In this document: positions 26,227-38,553 of the stretch, in pieces | Layout of the letters: the number at the start of each line of letters is the position of its first letter | Numbering within the stretch: position 1 is the first letter of the stretch | Assembly: GCA_963775425.1 (NCBI GenBank) | Contig: CAVZJB010000011.1 | Location: 576,001-640,000 of the forward strand | Direction of reading: 5' to 3' | Source of the DNA: an uncultured delta proteobacterium | GTDB taxonomy: Bacteria; Myxococcota; UBA727; VGSZ01 | DNA: 64,000 bases | The notes under the pieces: model-generated | The model's input: only the letters and a program-made list of their open reading frames with translations | The model's database searches: none | What the model was told of the DNA's origin: nothing | Program-made: the position numbers and the translations under genes

Positions 26227-29200
26227 GAAACCACCAGGAGGTGCTTGCGCTGCAAGAGGCGCGTGATGGGACGAAGCCAGGTCCACGTGATGGTGAAGCG
26301 GCCGTCGTCCTCGGTCACGTAACCGCGGGCGAGCGCGTAGCGGAGCGCGTCGGCGACGGCGGACCCGTGCAGGAGCGTGGCGCGGCGGATATCGGGCGCC
26401 GCCACCGGCGCCATCTGCAGGATGGCGCGCAGGACGAACACGGCGGCGTCGGGGAGCCGCTCGAGGTCCGCGGAGTCGAGCGACGGAAACAGGCGAACGA
26501 GCACGCGTCCGTCGGCGTCGACGCCGAGCGCCCGGCGCCACACGTCGAGGGCGACGGCGGGGTTTCCACCGGCGTAGTCCCAGACGAGGCGGGAGTAGCC
26601 GGTGGCGCGGTCGGCGAGCGCTTCCTCGCGGTCGACGGCGTCGGCGCTCTTGGGCAGACCTTCGAGGAGCCGCTCGTAGCTCGGCTCGATGCCGGCCTGC
26701 AGGCAGCGCGAGCGCAGCAGCTCCGCCACGTCCGGCTCGCGCCAACGCGGCACGCGAATGACGTCGTCGAACAGCGGGTGGAGGCCGCGCGAGCGCTCGA
26801 GGAACTGCCAGATGGCGTTGTCGAACGCGAGCAGCCAGGCGCAGCGGCTGCTGTTGGCGCGCGCCACGCCGATGAGGGTGTCGAACGAGCGCAGCCCGCC
26901 CATGAGCGGCAACACGAAGCGCTGCGCGTCGTCGATGAGCACGGCGGGCGGACCGTCCTCGTCGTCGAGGCGCGTGGCGACGTCGGCGAGCGAAGCGGTG
27001 TCGGGCAGATCGAGCGCGGCGCGGGCGGTGGGCAGGAGCGCGTCGAGGTCCGGCGACGCCGCGTCGAGGCGGAGGCAGCCTTGGACGTCGGCGGCGAGCC
27101 GCGCGAGCGTCGCCGACTTGCCCATCCCGCGTTCGGCGACCACCGCCACCACGCGGCCCTTGCGCGCGCGCATCCGCGCCGCGATCTCGTCGAGCCTGGG
27201 GTCGAGCTCCGTGGTGATGCGCACCGCCGACGTCGTCTGCGGGCTCATGGCGAGGTCGCTCGGCGGCGTCAGAGGCGAAAGCGGCGACAGCGCGGACGCG
27301 TGCTCCGGCTCGAGCCGCTGCAGCTCGCGGCGGAACAACCACGCGAGCGCGCGCCGCGTGACGTCGAAGCCGCCGGCGCGGATGCGCAGGACACGGTACG
27401 CGCCGCGCCCGAAGAGGAACACCGCGCCGCCCATGGCGGCGATGAAGCTCTTCCACCCGACCTTGTTGTCGAGCACCCAGCGCTCGAACGTCGACGACCT
27501 CCGATGCGCCTCCATGCGCGTGAACACCGCGGCGCGCCACCAGCGCACGAGGATGAGGAACACGGGGACTGCCGCGAACCAGCACGTGGAGAACACCCAC
27601 CCGTAGATGGTTCCGCGGCCGACGACGCGCGCGCTGATGGAGAGCGTGAGCCCGAAGACGATGATCACCCGCCCGACGAGACGCAACGAGCGCAGGCGCA
27701 GCTCCTTGTCGGCGCTGTGGCGGCGCCCGGTGTCCGCGATGGCGTTCACCGTGTTCACCGCCAGCGCTCCCGCCAGGATCCAGGCGAGCGCCACCGTGAT
27801 GAGCTGCACCTCGAGGAGATCGGCCGCGCCGTCGGGGAGCAGCCAGCCGAGCACCGCGAACAGCACCAGCCACTCGAGCGAGCGGCGGATGCTCTTCAAG
27901 AACAAGACGGCGCGAAACAGCGGGCTCGGTTGCGCGAGGTGTTGCGCGCGGTCGTTCTGGCGCGCGCGCTTGAGCGCGCCCTCGAGGAACGCCGGCGCCC
28001 GGCGCCGCCACCACACGAACAGCGCGATGGCCACGCCCCAACGGAACGCGAGGAACGCGAGGCGCGCGGCGACGCCGAGCCCCTCCGTACCTCCCGCGGG
28101 CGCTCCCTCCGTGGCGGGCTTGCGCATGACGGAGAGCCAACGGGTGGTGGCGTGGCGGTGGTAGCGCAGCACGAGCAGCAGGTGGCGCAGCTCCATCGCC
28201 GCTTGCGGCAATCCGTCGGCGGAGATCCCGGTGACCGCGTCGCGCTTGTGCGAGGTCAAAAGCGGCAAGAGGCCGAGCCGCAACTGGTTGAGCACGTCGA
28301 CCTCGTCGAAGAGCTGCGCGGCGTTCCCCTCGCGGACGCGGCTCTCCTGCGCGGTCAGCCGCCGGGCCTCCTCTTCGACGCGGTGGCGCGCCTCGCGGAC
28401 GGCGGTGACGTCGACGTCGGCGCCGAGGCGCCCGAGGGGGTCCGGCCCCGGCGACGGAACGGCGCTCTTGCCGGCGGAGAGGTCGTCGAGGGCCGAGGAG
28501 AGCTGATCGTGGGCGAGGCGGAGCGCGCGTACGATGTCGTCGTAGAGCGCGTCGACGTCGTCAGGCGCGGCTTTGTCTGCGTGCGCTTCGCGCGCCTTTC
28601 GTTGCCAGCCGAGGGTGGCCTCGCGGCGCGCGTCAATGTCGGTGCGCTGCGCGAGCGCGCCGGCGAAGTCGGCCTGGGCCTGTTCCACGGAGAGCAGGCG
28701 CGCGAGCTCCTCGGAGACGAGGCGCTCGGCCTCGGAGCGCGCATCCTTGGCCGCCTGCAACGCCTGCTCGCGCTCCTCCTCCGCCTCCTTCGCGCGCTGC
28801 TCGACCTCCTCGCGCGTGGCGGCAGCGGTGGCGGCGGCGGTGGCGGCCTGGCTGAGGGCGGCGACGCGCCTTTGGTGGTCCTCCAGCAGCGCCTTTCTCT
28901 TCGCCGCCGGCAGCGACAGGAACGCGAGCCGCGCCTCGTCGAAGGCCCGGCGCGCGCCCCACAGCGCCGTGCGCGCGTCGATGCCGGCGTCGGCGCGCTT
29001 CGCGTTCGCCTTGGGCGGCGCGATGGCCGCCAGCGCCTTGAGCCGGACGACCTCGAGCGAGACGGCGGCCTCGTCGTCGAGGTCCACGTCGAACAAGCTC
29101 CTGGGGCTCACCGCCGGCGGGAGCTTGCCCGCCGCGAGCGCGTCGACCTGCGCGGCGCGGTCGAGGAGCGCCTGCACGCCCGGCGCCACCGTCGCCGGGG

Positions 29201-29435
29201 CGTCGTCGCCGGCGGGTCCGGCGTCCGGTGCGCCCGCGTTGGGGGCGGTTGCCTTGGGTGCGGTTGCCTTGGGTGCGGCGGCCTTCTGTGCCGCGCCCGC
29301 GTGCCGGGGTCCCTTGGCGGCGGCGGTGGCGCACCACAACAGCCCGCACGCGCCGAGGGCGGCCGCGCAAAGCGCCCAGGATGGCGGGCGCGTCCTCGAG
29401 GGGCGGCGTCGACGGAGCACGAGAGCGTGTACCAT
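26223..29435 (-). CDS. Large membrane protein: signal peptide, periplasmic coiled-coil, about 6-7 TM helices, C-terminal P-loop (AAA/STAND-like) domain
   Basis: Ala/Glu/Arg heptad region; hydrophobic TM block; VVAERGMGKS (Walker A variant), VLIDDA (Walker B), YAGGNPAVAL, winged-helix-like end. Start is uncertain (29435 or nearby). Confidence 0.75.
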   Translation of the reverse strand: MVHALVLRRRRPSRTRPPSWALCAAALGACGLLWCATAAAKGPRHAGAAQKAAAPKATAPKATAPNAGAPDAGPAGDDAPATVAPGVQALLDRAAQVDALAAGKLPPAVSPRSLFDVDLDDEAAVSLEVVRLKALAAIAPPKANAKRADAGIDARTALWGARRAFDEARLAFLSLPAAKRKALLEDHQRRVAALSQAATAAATAAATREEVEQRAKEAEEEREQALQAAKDARSEAERLVSEELARLLSVEQAQADFAGALAQRTDIDARREATLGWQRKAREAHADKAAPDDVDALYDDIVRALRLAHDQLSSALDDLSAGKSAVPSPGPDPLGRLGADVDVTAVREARHRVEEEARRLTAQESRVREGNAAQLFDEVDVLNQLRLGLLPLLTSHKRDAVTGISADGLPQAAMELRHLLLVLRYHRHATTRWLSVMRKPATEGAPAGGTEGLGVAARLAFLAFRWGVAIALFVWWRRRAPAFLEGALKRARQNDRAQHLAQPSPLFRAVLFLKSIRRSLEWLVLFAVLGWLLPDGAADLLEVQLITVALAWILAGALAVNTVNAIADTGRRHSADKELRLRSLRLVGRVIIVFGLTLSISARVVGRGTIYGWVFSTCWFAAVPVFLILVRWWRAAVFTRMEAHRRSSTFERWVLDNKVGWKSFIAAMGGAVFLFGRGAYRVLRIRAGGFDVTRRALAWLFRRELQRLEPEHASALSPLSPLTPPSDLAMSPQTTSAVRITTELDPRLDEIAARMRARKGRVVAVVAERGMGKSATLARLAADVQGCLRLDAASPDLDALLPTARAALDLPDTASLADVATRLDDEDGPPAVLIDDAQRFVLPLMGGLRSFDTLIGVARANSSRCAWLLAFDNAIWQFLERSRGLHPLFDDVIRVPRWREPDVAELLRSRCLQAGIEPSYERLLEGLPKSADAVDREEALADRATGYSRLVWDYAGGNPAVALDVWRRALGVDADGRVLVRLFPSLDSADLERLPDAAVFVLRAILQMAPVAAPDIRRATLLHGSAVADALRYALARGYVTEDDGRFTITWTWLRPITRLLQRKHLLVVS

Positions 29436-29498
29436 ACGTGCGCGCCGCAACGTCACGCCCACCGGCTCAGGCGCGTCGGCCCCCGCTCAGCGCACAGC

Positions 29499-30749
29499 TC
29501 AGAACGAGGCGCAGCCGCCGGGCCAGGCCGGTGCGATCGCGGCGCTCTCGAGGGCGTCCGCCTGGGCACGGATGTCGTCGCAGGTGGCGTCGTCGGCGAT
29601 GCGGCTCATCCGGAACGTCGAGGGGCGGCTCCTCGAGCTCGGGACGAGGAACGCCGCCGGCGAAAGGAGCGACGACTCGCCGTCGACCTGGAAGCTGCCC
29701 GGCGCACCGCCGTCGATGGCGTCCGACGACTCGATGATCCCGCTGAACGCGCGGATGGTGCGGCGGAGCACGACGAGCTGCGGGCCGTAGCTCGTGTCGA
29801 GGGTGATGCCGGGTTGCTGGTCGCCGTCGGGGTCGTCGACGGCGGGATCCGACGGATCCGTCGGGAGCGACCCGAACGGGTTCGGCAGCAGGGCGCCGCC
29901 GATGAGGGGAACGCCGAGCCGATCCATGGTCGGCGCGAAGGTGGCGCCGACGCTGGCGTCGTCGAGATCGAAGCTCGCCGTGAGGTCGCCCATCTGCTCG
30001 ATGGCCCGGTCGGGCGCGGACGAGTCCGAAACGCCGAAGAGGAACACCTGCACGCTGGGCATCGTCACGTGGCAGGTGTGCAGCGTCATGTCGACGTGGT
30101 TGCCGGTCTGCGCGATGGAGACGCGGGCGAGCATCGGCGCGCGCGCGCACTGTCGGCTCGGATCGAGGGCGCCGTCGGTGAGCTCCGGGTTGTCGAACGC
30201 GACGAGGGCGAAGGTGCCGGTGAGATCCACCGGCGCGCCGGGGCTGGTGACGGGATCGACGCCGGGGTCGCCGCCGCCGTCGTCCGGGTTCGTGCCGGGA
30301 TCGTCGACGGGATCGACGACGGGATCGCCGCCGCCGTTGTCGCCGCCGTCGTCCGCGGGCGCGTCGACGACGACGCGGCAGCGGGCGGCGGCCACGTTGC
30401 CCTTGGCGTCGGTGATGCTGAGGCTCACGGTGGCGATGCCCGCGGGCGCCGTGAACTGGCCGCTGAGGTCCGGAACGCTGTCGCCGCCGGGCGCGAGCTT
30501 GAGCTCGGCCGTGGCGCCTGGCGCGTCATCGAAGGTGCTCGCCGAGCCGTCGACGTCGAAAGGCGCGTTCGCCGCGACGTGGTCGGGGCACGCGAGGACG
30601 GCGACGGGGAAGCTGCCGGCGGGCCCGCCGGACTGGATCTCGTTGGTGCAGGCGGGGACGAGCGCGAGCGCCGCGGCGAGGCCGGCGGGCGACAGGCGAG
30701 CGAGGAGGGAGAGGGGGGCGCGACGCATGGTGGTGATCCTCGAGCTCAT
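29499..30749 (-). CDS. Hypothetical lipoprotein (PKD-like N-domain plus acidic C-domain shared with its neighbour)
   Basis: LVPAC lipobox; DVDGSASTFD (PKD-like); DLTGTFA, LPTDPSDPAVDDPDGDQQPGIT. Confidence 0.72.
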   Translation of the reverse strand: MSSRITTMRRAPLSLLARLSPAGLAAALALVPACTNEIQSGGPAGSFPVAVLACPDHVAANAPFDVDGSASTFDDAPGATAELKLAPGGDSVPDLSGQFTAPAGIATVSLSITDAKGNVAAARCRVVVDAPADDGGDNGGGDPVVDPVDDPGTNPDDGGGDPGVDPVTSPGAPVDLTGTFALVAFDNPELTDGALDPSRQCARAPMLARVSIAQTGNHVDMTLHTCHVTMPSVQVFLFGVSDSSAPDRAIEQMGDLTASFDLDDASVGATFAPTMDRLGVPLIGGALLPNPFGSLPTDPSDPAVDDPDGDQQPGITLDTSYGPQLVVLRRTIRAFSGIIESSDAIDGGAPGSFQVDGESSLLSPAAFLVPSSRSRPSTFRMSRIADDATCDDIRAQADALESAAIAPAWPGGCASF

Positions 30750-32275
30750 TGGCAGAAGCTTTGGACGTTCGGGGGCGGCAGTTGCTGCTGCAGCTCGGCC
30801 TCGTACGCGATGACGTCGCTGCAGGAGACCGACGACGGGTCACCGTCGCGGCTCGCGATGTTGGTGGCGCCGTTCAACCCGTCGACGCGGACGAGGGCGT
30901 ACGGCGAGGCGAGCGATGTCACCGTCGGCGAGAGCCCGCCGCCGTTGAAGATGTTGGTCTCGGTGTCGGCCTCCGTGTCGCCGCTCAGGAAGTCGGAGCT
31001 CTCGATGGTGCCGTTCATGCTGCGGACCACGGTGCGGTAGCAGGTGTACTGGTCGCCCTGGGACGAGTTGTGGACGGTGACGCCGGGGTGTCCGTCGTTG
31101 TCGTCGTCGCGCGTGCGCGGATCGTCGGCGCTGGTCGGCAGCGCGTCCGAAGGGTTGGCGAGCGCGGCGCCGACGATCAGCGGGGGGAACGCGGAGCCGG
31201 GGAGGTCGAAGGCGGCGCCCGCGCCGACGTCGTCGAGGTCGAAGTCGGCGTCGCCGCCGCTCCTTTGGTTTGCGGCGTCGATGAAGCCCTGGTCCACGGA
31301 CGAGTGGGAGGTAATCCCGAACACCGCGGTGACGTCGGGCATGCTCATCGCGCACAGCTCCTGGCTCATGGTGACGTGGTTGCCGGTCTGGGTGAGGTGG
31401 ACGAGCGAGTACGAGGGCGCCACCACGCACTGGGGATCAGGATCGAGGAAGATGAGGTCGCCGATGCGCACGGCGCCGTACGAGACCTGGGCGAAGGTGC
31501 CGGTGAGGTCGAACGCCGGGGCGTCGGCGGCGATGAAGTGAAGCACGGCGGTCGCGGAGACCGCGCCGCCCTCGCCGGCGACGGAGACGGTGACGTCGAC
31601 GGGGTCGGCCGGCGCGGGCACGGTGACCTCACCGTGGAACAGCCCGCCGCCCTGGTCGTCGAGGGTGACGGACGCGGGCAGCGCCACCGCCGGCGAGTCG
31701 GCGCTGAGGGTGACGTCGCCGTCCGTGAGGCGGCGGCCGTCGATGACGAGCGTGATGACGTCGGCGCCGCCGGCGACCACGCGATCCGGCGAGGCGCGCA
31801 CGTTGAGCACGGGCGCGCCGGTCTCGGGCACGGTGAAGGTGAGGTCGACGGACTGCGGGACGACGGCGTCGTTGTCGGTGACGCTCGCGGTCACCTTGGA
31901 GGTGAACGACGCCTGCGCCGACAGCTCGTCTTCGAAGGGCGCCCACACGGTCACCGCGGCCACGCCGTTGTCCGCGCCGACGTTGGTGGCGCCGAGGAGG
32001 CCGACGCCGGAGAGCGCGAACGAGACCACCGTCCCCGCGGGCGCGCCGGCGAGGTGGGCGGTCACGGTGGCGGCGGAGATGCCGTCGGCGGGCATCTCGG
32101 GGTGATCGGCGGCGAGGGAGATCGTGGGGCCGGCGCCTTGCGCCGACCCGTCGCCGGCGGCACAGCCCGCGAGCGCGGCGCCGGCGCCGGCGAGGACGGC
32201 CGCCGCAGCGGCGGCGACCACGACGGCGTTGGCGAGGGCGAAGGCGCGCGACCCGGTGGTGGGCGAGGAGTCCAT
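30746..32275 (-). CDS. Hypothetical lipoprotein (two invasin/Ig-like domains plus shared acidic C-domain)
   Basis: LAGC lipobox; MPADGISAATVTA (Big_1-like); DLTGTFA, LPTSADDPRTRDDDNDGHPGVT; stop overlaps the next start (ATGA). Confidence 0.75.
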   Translation of the reverse strand: MDSSPTTGSRAFALANAVVVAAAAAAVLAGAGAALAGCAAGDGSAQGAGPTISLAADHPEMPADGISAATVTAHLAGAPAGTVVSFALSGVGLLGATNVGADNGVAAVTVWAPFEDELSAQASFTSKVTASVTDNDAVVPQSVDLTFTVPETGAPVLNVRASPDRVVAGGADVITLVIDGRRLTDGDVTLSADSPAVALPASVTLDDQGGGLFHGEVTVPAPADPVDVTVSVAGEGGAVSATAVLHFIAADAPAFDLTGTFAQVSYGAVRIGDLIFLDPDPQCVVAPSYSLVHLTQTGNHVTMSQELCAMSMPDVTAVFGITSHSSVDQGFIDAANQRSGGDADFDLDDVGAGAAFDLPGSAFPPLIVGAALANPSDALPTSADDPRTRDDDNDGHPGVTVHNSSQGDQYTCYRTVVRSMNGTIESSDFLSGDTEADTETNIFNGGGLSPTVTSLASPYALVRVDGLNGATNIASRDGDPSSVSCSDVIAYEAELQQQLPPPNVQSFCQ

Positions 32276-32546
32276 GCCGCTTGTATCGTCCACGGCCGCG
32301 CGAGCGCGTCTGCGCGCACCGGACGATGCGAGCGACGCCGTGTCTGTGCGCCGGCGTGGGTCCGCATCGGTCGACGATCCGGTCGCGGCGCGCCGACAAC
32401 GCCGCGCGTCGACGTCACCGTCGCCGCAACGCGCGCAGGTGGGATACGCCGCGCGCTCGCCTCGGGTCCGGCGCGCGCCACCGGACCGTGGCGCGCGCGA
32501 GGGCCGCGTCCGCCGGCTGACGGATGCGATCGGCAGGTCACGCCGC

Positions 32547-35330
<2,784 letters not shown>

Positions 35331-35579
35331 GTTCGCCTGCTCCTCGAAGTCGACCGGCTGCGTTGCCGGCGCCGCCGCAACGAGCACCCGCCGTGCCACG
35401 AGGAGACGTCGCGCCGAAGCGCCGCGCAGGGGGCGCGCCGGCACGCTGGATCAGGCGGTTGTTTGCCTGGGCCCAGCCGCGGCGCGGCGAAGCGGCGGCG
35501 CCGGCGGGCGTGGCCGCACACCGCGGCGATCTGACGCGGCGCCAAGCCGATGACGCCTGTGCATCCTGCCCACCCTGGG

Positions 35580-35597
35580 TGTGTGGAATTCCACACA
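35580..35597. promoter_or_regulatory. Perfect 18-bp palindrome TGTGTGGAATTCCACACA (probable transcription-factor site)
   Basis: Read directly; lies between the divergent ppdK and cytochrome operon. Confidence 0.7.
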
Positions 35598-35657
35598 GGA
35601 CGATCGCGGTCGCGGCTGAATGCCGCACGGGACGGCTGCCCGCGCTCAAGCTCGCGG

Positions 35658-35673
35658 TGGCACGAACCGTGTT
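35658..35673 (+). promoter_or_regulatory. Possible sigma54 (-24/-12) promoter
   Basis: TGGCACGAACCGTGTT: perfect -24 TGGCACG, but -12 reads GT rather than GC; about 25 nt upstream of the ATG at 35698. Confidence 0.4.
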
Positions 35674-35697
35674 GAGGAGCGGATGCGGAGAAGCCCC

Positions 35698-38553
35698 ATG
35701 GTTACCAACAATCGCCCCTCCTGGTCTCTTGTACTCATCAACGCCTCGGTGCTCCTCCTGGCGGGCGTCGCCGGAGGGTGCCTCACGGGGAACGACGGCA
35801 GCGACGCCGGCCCCGACGTCGAGGTGAAGGCGCCGGTCGTCGAGATTGGCGGTCCAAGCGGCGTCGTCGTCGGCAACAGCGTGACGCTCGCGGCGATCAC
35901 CAGGGACGGGAGCGACGCTTCGTATACGTGGAGCTCGGCGAACCCCGCCGTCGCCGACGTCGACGCGTCCGGCACGGTGCGCGGCTTCTCCCCGGGCGAA
36001 GTGCTCGTCACGGCCGTCGGCGACGACACCCAGGCCAAGGGCGTCCACGCCATCGTGGTGCAGGCGGCGCCTGCGGCGGTGGTGGCGCTGGCCGGTCAGC
36101 ACCGCGTGCAGGTCGGGGCGCGCACGCAGCTCGTCGCGATGACCGTGAACGGCGCCGACACGGGTTACGTGTGGTCGAGTGACAACCAGGAGGTGGCGAC
36201 CGTGGCCTCCGACGGCAACGTCACCGGCATCGACGTCGGCGACGTGGTCATCACCGCCGTCGGCGCGGACACCGGCGCGGTGGGCTCCTTCAGCGTTGCC
36301 GTGACCGGCGCCTCCGCGGTGGTCATCACCGGCCCCTTCTACCTCGCCGTCGGCGACGACGCGGCGCTCAGCGCCACCACCGTCAACGACGTGGACCCCG
36401 ACTACACGTGGACGAGCAGCGACGAGTCGGTGGCCACCATCGACGCCGCCACGGGCGCCATCCACGGCAAGAGCGCGGGCGAGGTCGTCGTCACCGCCAC
36501 CGGCGCGACGTCGGGCCTGAGCGGCACGCTCGGCATCACGGTGCAACAGACCATCCCGCACTTCGACGAGTGGGCGTCGTCGGCGCACGCGAACCGCGCC
36601 GACGAGCCCTTCAACCACTGGAACTCCGAGGGCGAGATCCCCACGTCGTGCGCTCGCTGCCACAGCGACGGCGGCTACCGCGATTACCTCGGCGCCGACG
36701 GCAGCGCGGTCGGCGTCGTCGACTCGGCGCAGCCCATCGGCACCGTGGTGCAATGCACCACCTGTCACAACGACGCCGCCGCGGCGCTCACCTCCGTGAC
36801 CTTCCCCTCGGGCAAGACCCTCACGGGCCTCGGTCCGGAGGCGCGCTGCATGGTGTGCCACCAGGGCCGCGAGTCGGGGAAGACCGTCGAGGCGGAGATC
36901 ACCGCAGCGGGCGTGGGCGACGACGAGCCGAGCTCGCAGCTCGGCTTCGTGAACATCCACTACTACGCCGCCGGCGCCACGCTGAACGCCGGGCGCGTCG
37001 AGGGCGCCTACCAGTACGCCGGCCAGACCTACGACGTGCGCTTCCGCCACGTGCCGGAGCGCGACACCTGCATCAAGTGCCACGACCAGCACACGCTCAA
37101 GATTCGCATCACCGCTTGCCAGGGCTGCCACGAGAACATCTCGACGCAGGCGGACCTCAAGAACATCCGCATGATGTCGTCGATGCACAGCGACTACGAC
37201 GGCGACGGCAACAAGACCGAGGGCATCTACTACGAGATGATCGGCGTGCGTGACCGCGTCATGTCCGTCATGCAGGAGTACGGCCGCGAGAAGGGCGCGC
37301 CCATCTGCTACAACACGGACAAGTATCCCTACTTCTTCAACGACGTCGACGACGACGGCGCCTGCAGCGACGCCGAGGCCGTCTCCAGCAACGGCTATCA
37401 CGAGTGGACGCCGCGCCTCCTGCGCGCGGGCTACAACTACCACGTCGCCACCAAGGACCCCGGCGCCTTCGCGCACAACGCCAAGTACATCATCGAGGCC
37501 CTCTACGACTCCGCGCAGGACGTGAACGGCGCGCTGACGTCGCCCCTCGACATCTCCGCCCTCGTCCGCAACGACCCCGGCCACTTCAACGGCGCCGGCC
37601 AGCCCGCGCGCCACTGGGACAGCAACGAAGGCGTCGACTCCTCCTGCTCGCGCTGCCACGGCGCGTCGCAGGGCTTCCGCTTCTACCTGCAGTACGGCGT
37701 GGGCCAGCAGGTGCTCGAGCAGGGAGACGGCCTCGACTGCGCCACGTGCCACGACACCTTCGGCCACCAGGGCCAGCCGGGCGCGTTCCAGACCGTGTCC
37801 GTCGACAGCGTCACCTTCCCGAGCGGCGTCACCGTGACGCGGCCCGGGGACAAGGGGAACATCTGCGCCACCTGCCACCAGGGCCGCGAGAGCAAGGTGA
37901 GCGTCGACGCGATGCTCGACTCGGGCGGCAAGCTCTCCTTCAAGAACGTGCACTACTATCCCGCCGGCGCCGTGCGCATGGGAGCGGTGGCGCAGGTCGG
38001 CTACGAGTACGACGGCAAGCAGTACGCGGGTGAGTGGACCGGCCACCTCGGCGGGAGCTCCTGCGTGGACTGCCACTCGCCGCAGAACACCGACCACACC
38101 TTCATGATCGAGGACAACCTGCAGCGCTGCCAGCTCTGCCACGTGGGCATCACCCAGCCCACCGACATCCGCACCTCGCGTCACCCCGACGACACCGACG
38201 GCGACGGCGACACCAACGAGACGCTCGCCGGTGAGCTCGACGGCGTGGCCTCGGCGCTGCTCAACGAGATGAACCTCGTGGGCGGCCTCTGCCACGGCGA
38301 AGCGTACCCGTACTTCTTCAAGGACAACGACGGCTCCGGCGGCGAGTGCGACCCCGGCGAGCAGAGCAACCCGAACAAGTTCACCGCGTTCACGCCCGAG
38401 CTCGTCAAGGCCACGTACAACTACCAGCTCTGGCACAACGACCCCGGCGCCTGGGCCCACAACTTCGACTACATCGCCGAGCTCCTCATCGACTCCATCG
38501 ACGACCTCGGCGGCGACACCTCCAACTTCGTCCGCCCGGAGCCCACGCCATGA
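35698..38553 (+). CDS. Decaheme c-type cytochrome lipoprotein: three Big_2 Ig-like domains plus two tandem pentaheme modules
   Basis: Lipobox AGGC; three Y(T/V)W(S/T)S..VA.(V/I) repeats; CARCH, CTTCH, CMVCH, CIKCH, CQGCH, then CSRCH, CATCH, CATCH, CVDCH, CQLCH; each module ends DPGA(F/W)AHN..YI.E.L.DS. Confidence 0.9.
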   Translation: MVTNNRPSWSLVLINASVLLLAGVAGGCLTGNDGSDAGPDVEVKAPVVEIGGPSGVVVGNSVTLAAITRDGSDASYTWSSANPAVADVDASGTVRGFSPGEVLVTAVGDDTQAKGVHAIVVQAAPAAVVALAGQHRVQVGARTQLVAMTVNGADTGYVWSSDNQEVATVASDGNVTGIDVGDVVITAVGADTGAVGSFSVAVTGASAVVITGPFYLAVGDDAALSATTVNDVDPDYTWTSSDESVATIDAATGAIHGKSAGEVVVTATGATSGLSGTLGITVQQTIPHFDEWASSAHANRADEPFNHWNSEGEIPTSCARCHSDGGYRDYLGADGSAVGVVDSAQPIGTVVQCTTCHNDAAAALTSVTFPSGKTLTGLGPEARCMVCHQGRESGKTVEAEITAAGVGDDEPSSQLGFVNIHYYAAGATLNAGRVEGAYQYAGQTYDVRFRHVPERDTCIKCHDQHTLKIRITACQGCHENISTQADLKNIRMMSSMHSDYDGDGNKTEGIYYEMIGVRDRVMSVMQEYGREKGAPICYNTDKYPYFFNDVDDDGACSDAEAVSSNGYHEWTPRLLRAGYNYHVATKDPGAFAHNAKYIIEALYDSAQDVNGALTSPLDISALVRNDPGHFNGAGQPARHWDSNEGVDSSCSRCHGASQGFRFYLQYGVGQQVLEQGDGLDCATCHDTFGHQGQPGAFQTVSVDSVTFPSGVTVTRPGDKGNICATCHQGRESKVSVDAMLDSGGKLSFKNVHYYPAGAVRMGAVAQVGYEYDGKQYAGEWTGHLGGSSCVDCHSPQNTDHTFMIEDNLQRCQLCHVGITQPTDIRTSRHPDDTDGDGDTNETLAGELDGVASALLNEMNLVGGLCHGEAYPYFFKDNDGSGGECDPGEQSNPNKFTAFTPELVKATYNYQLWHNDPGAWAHNFDYIAELLIDSIDDLGGDTSNFVRPEPTP

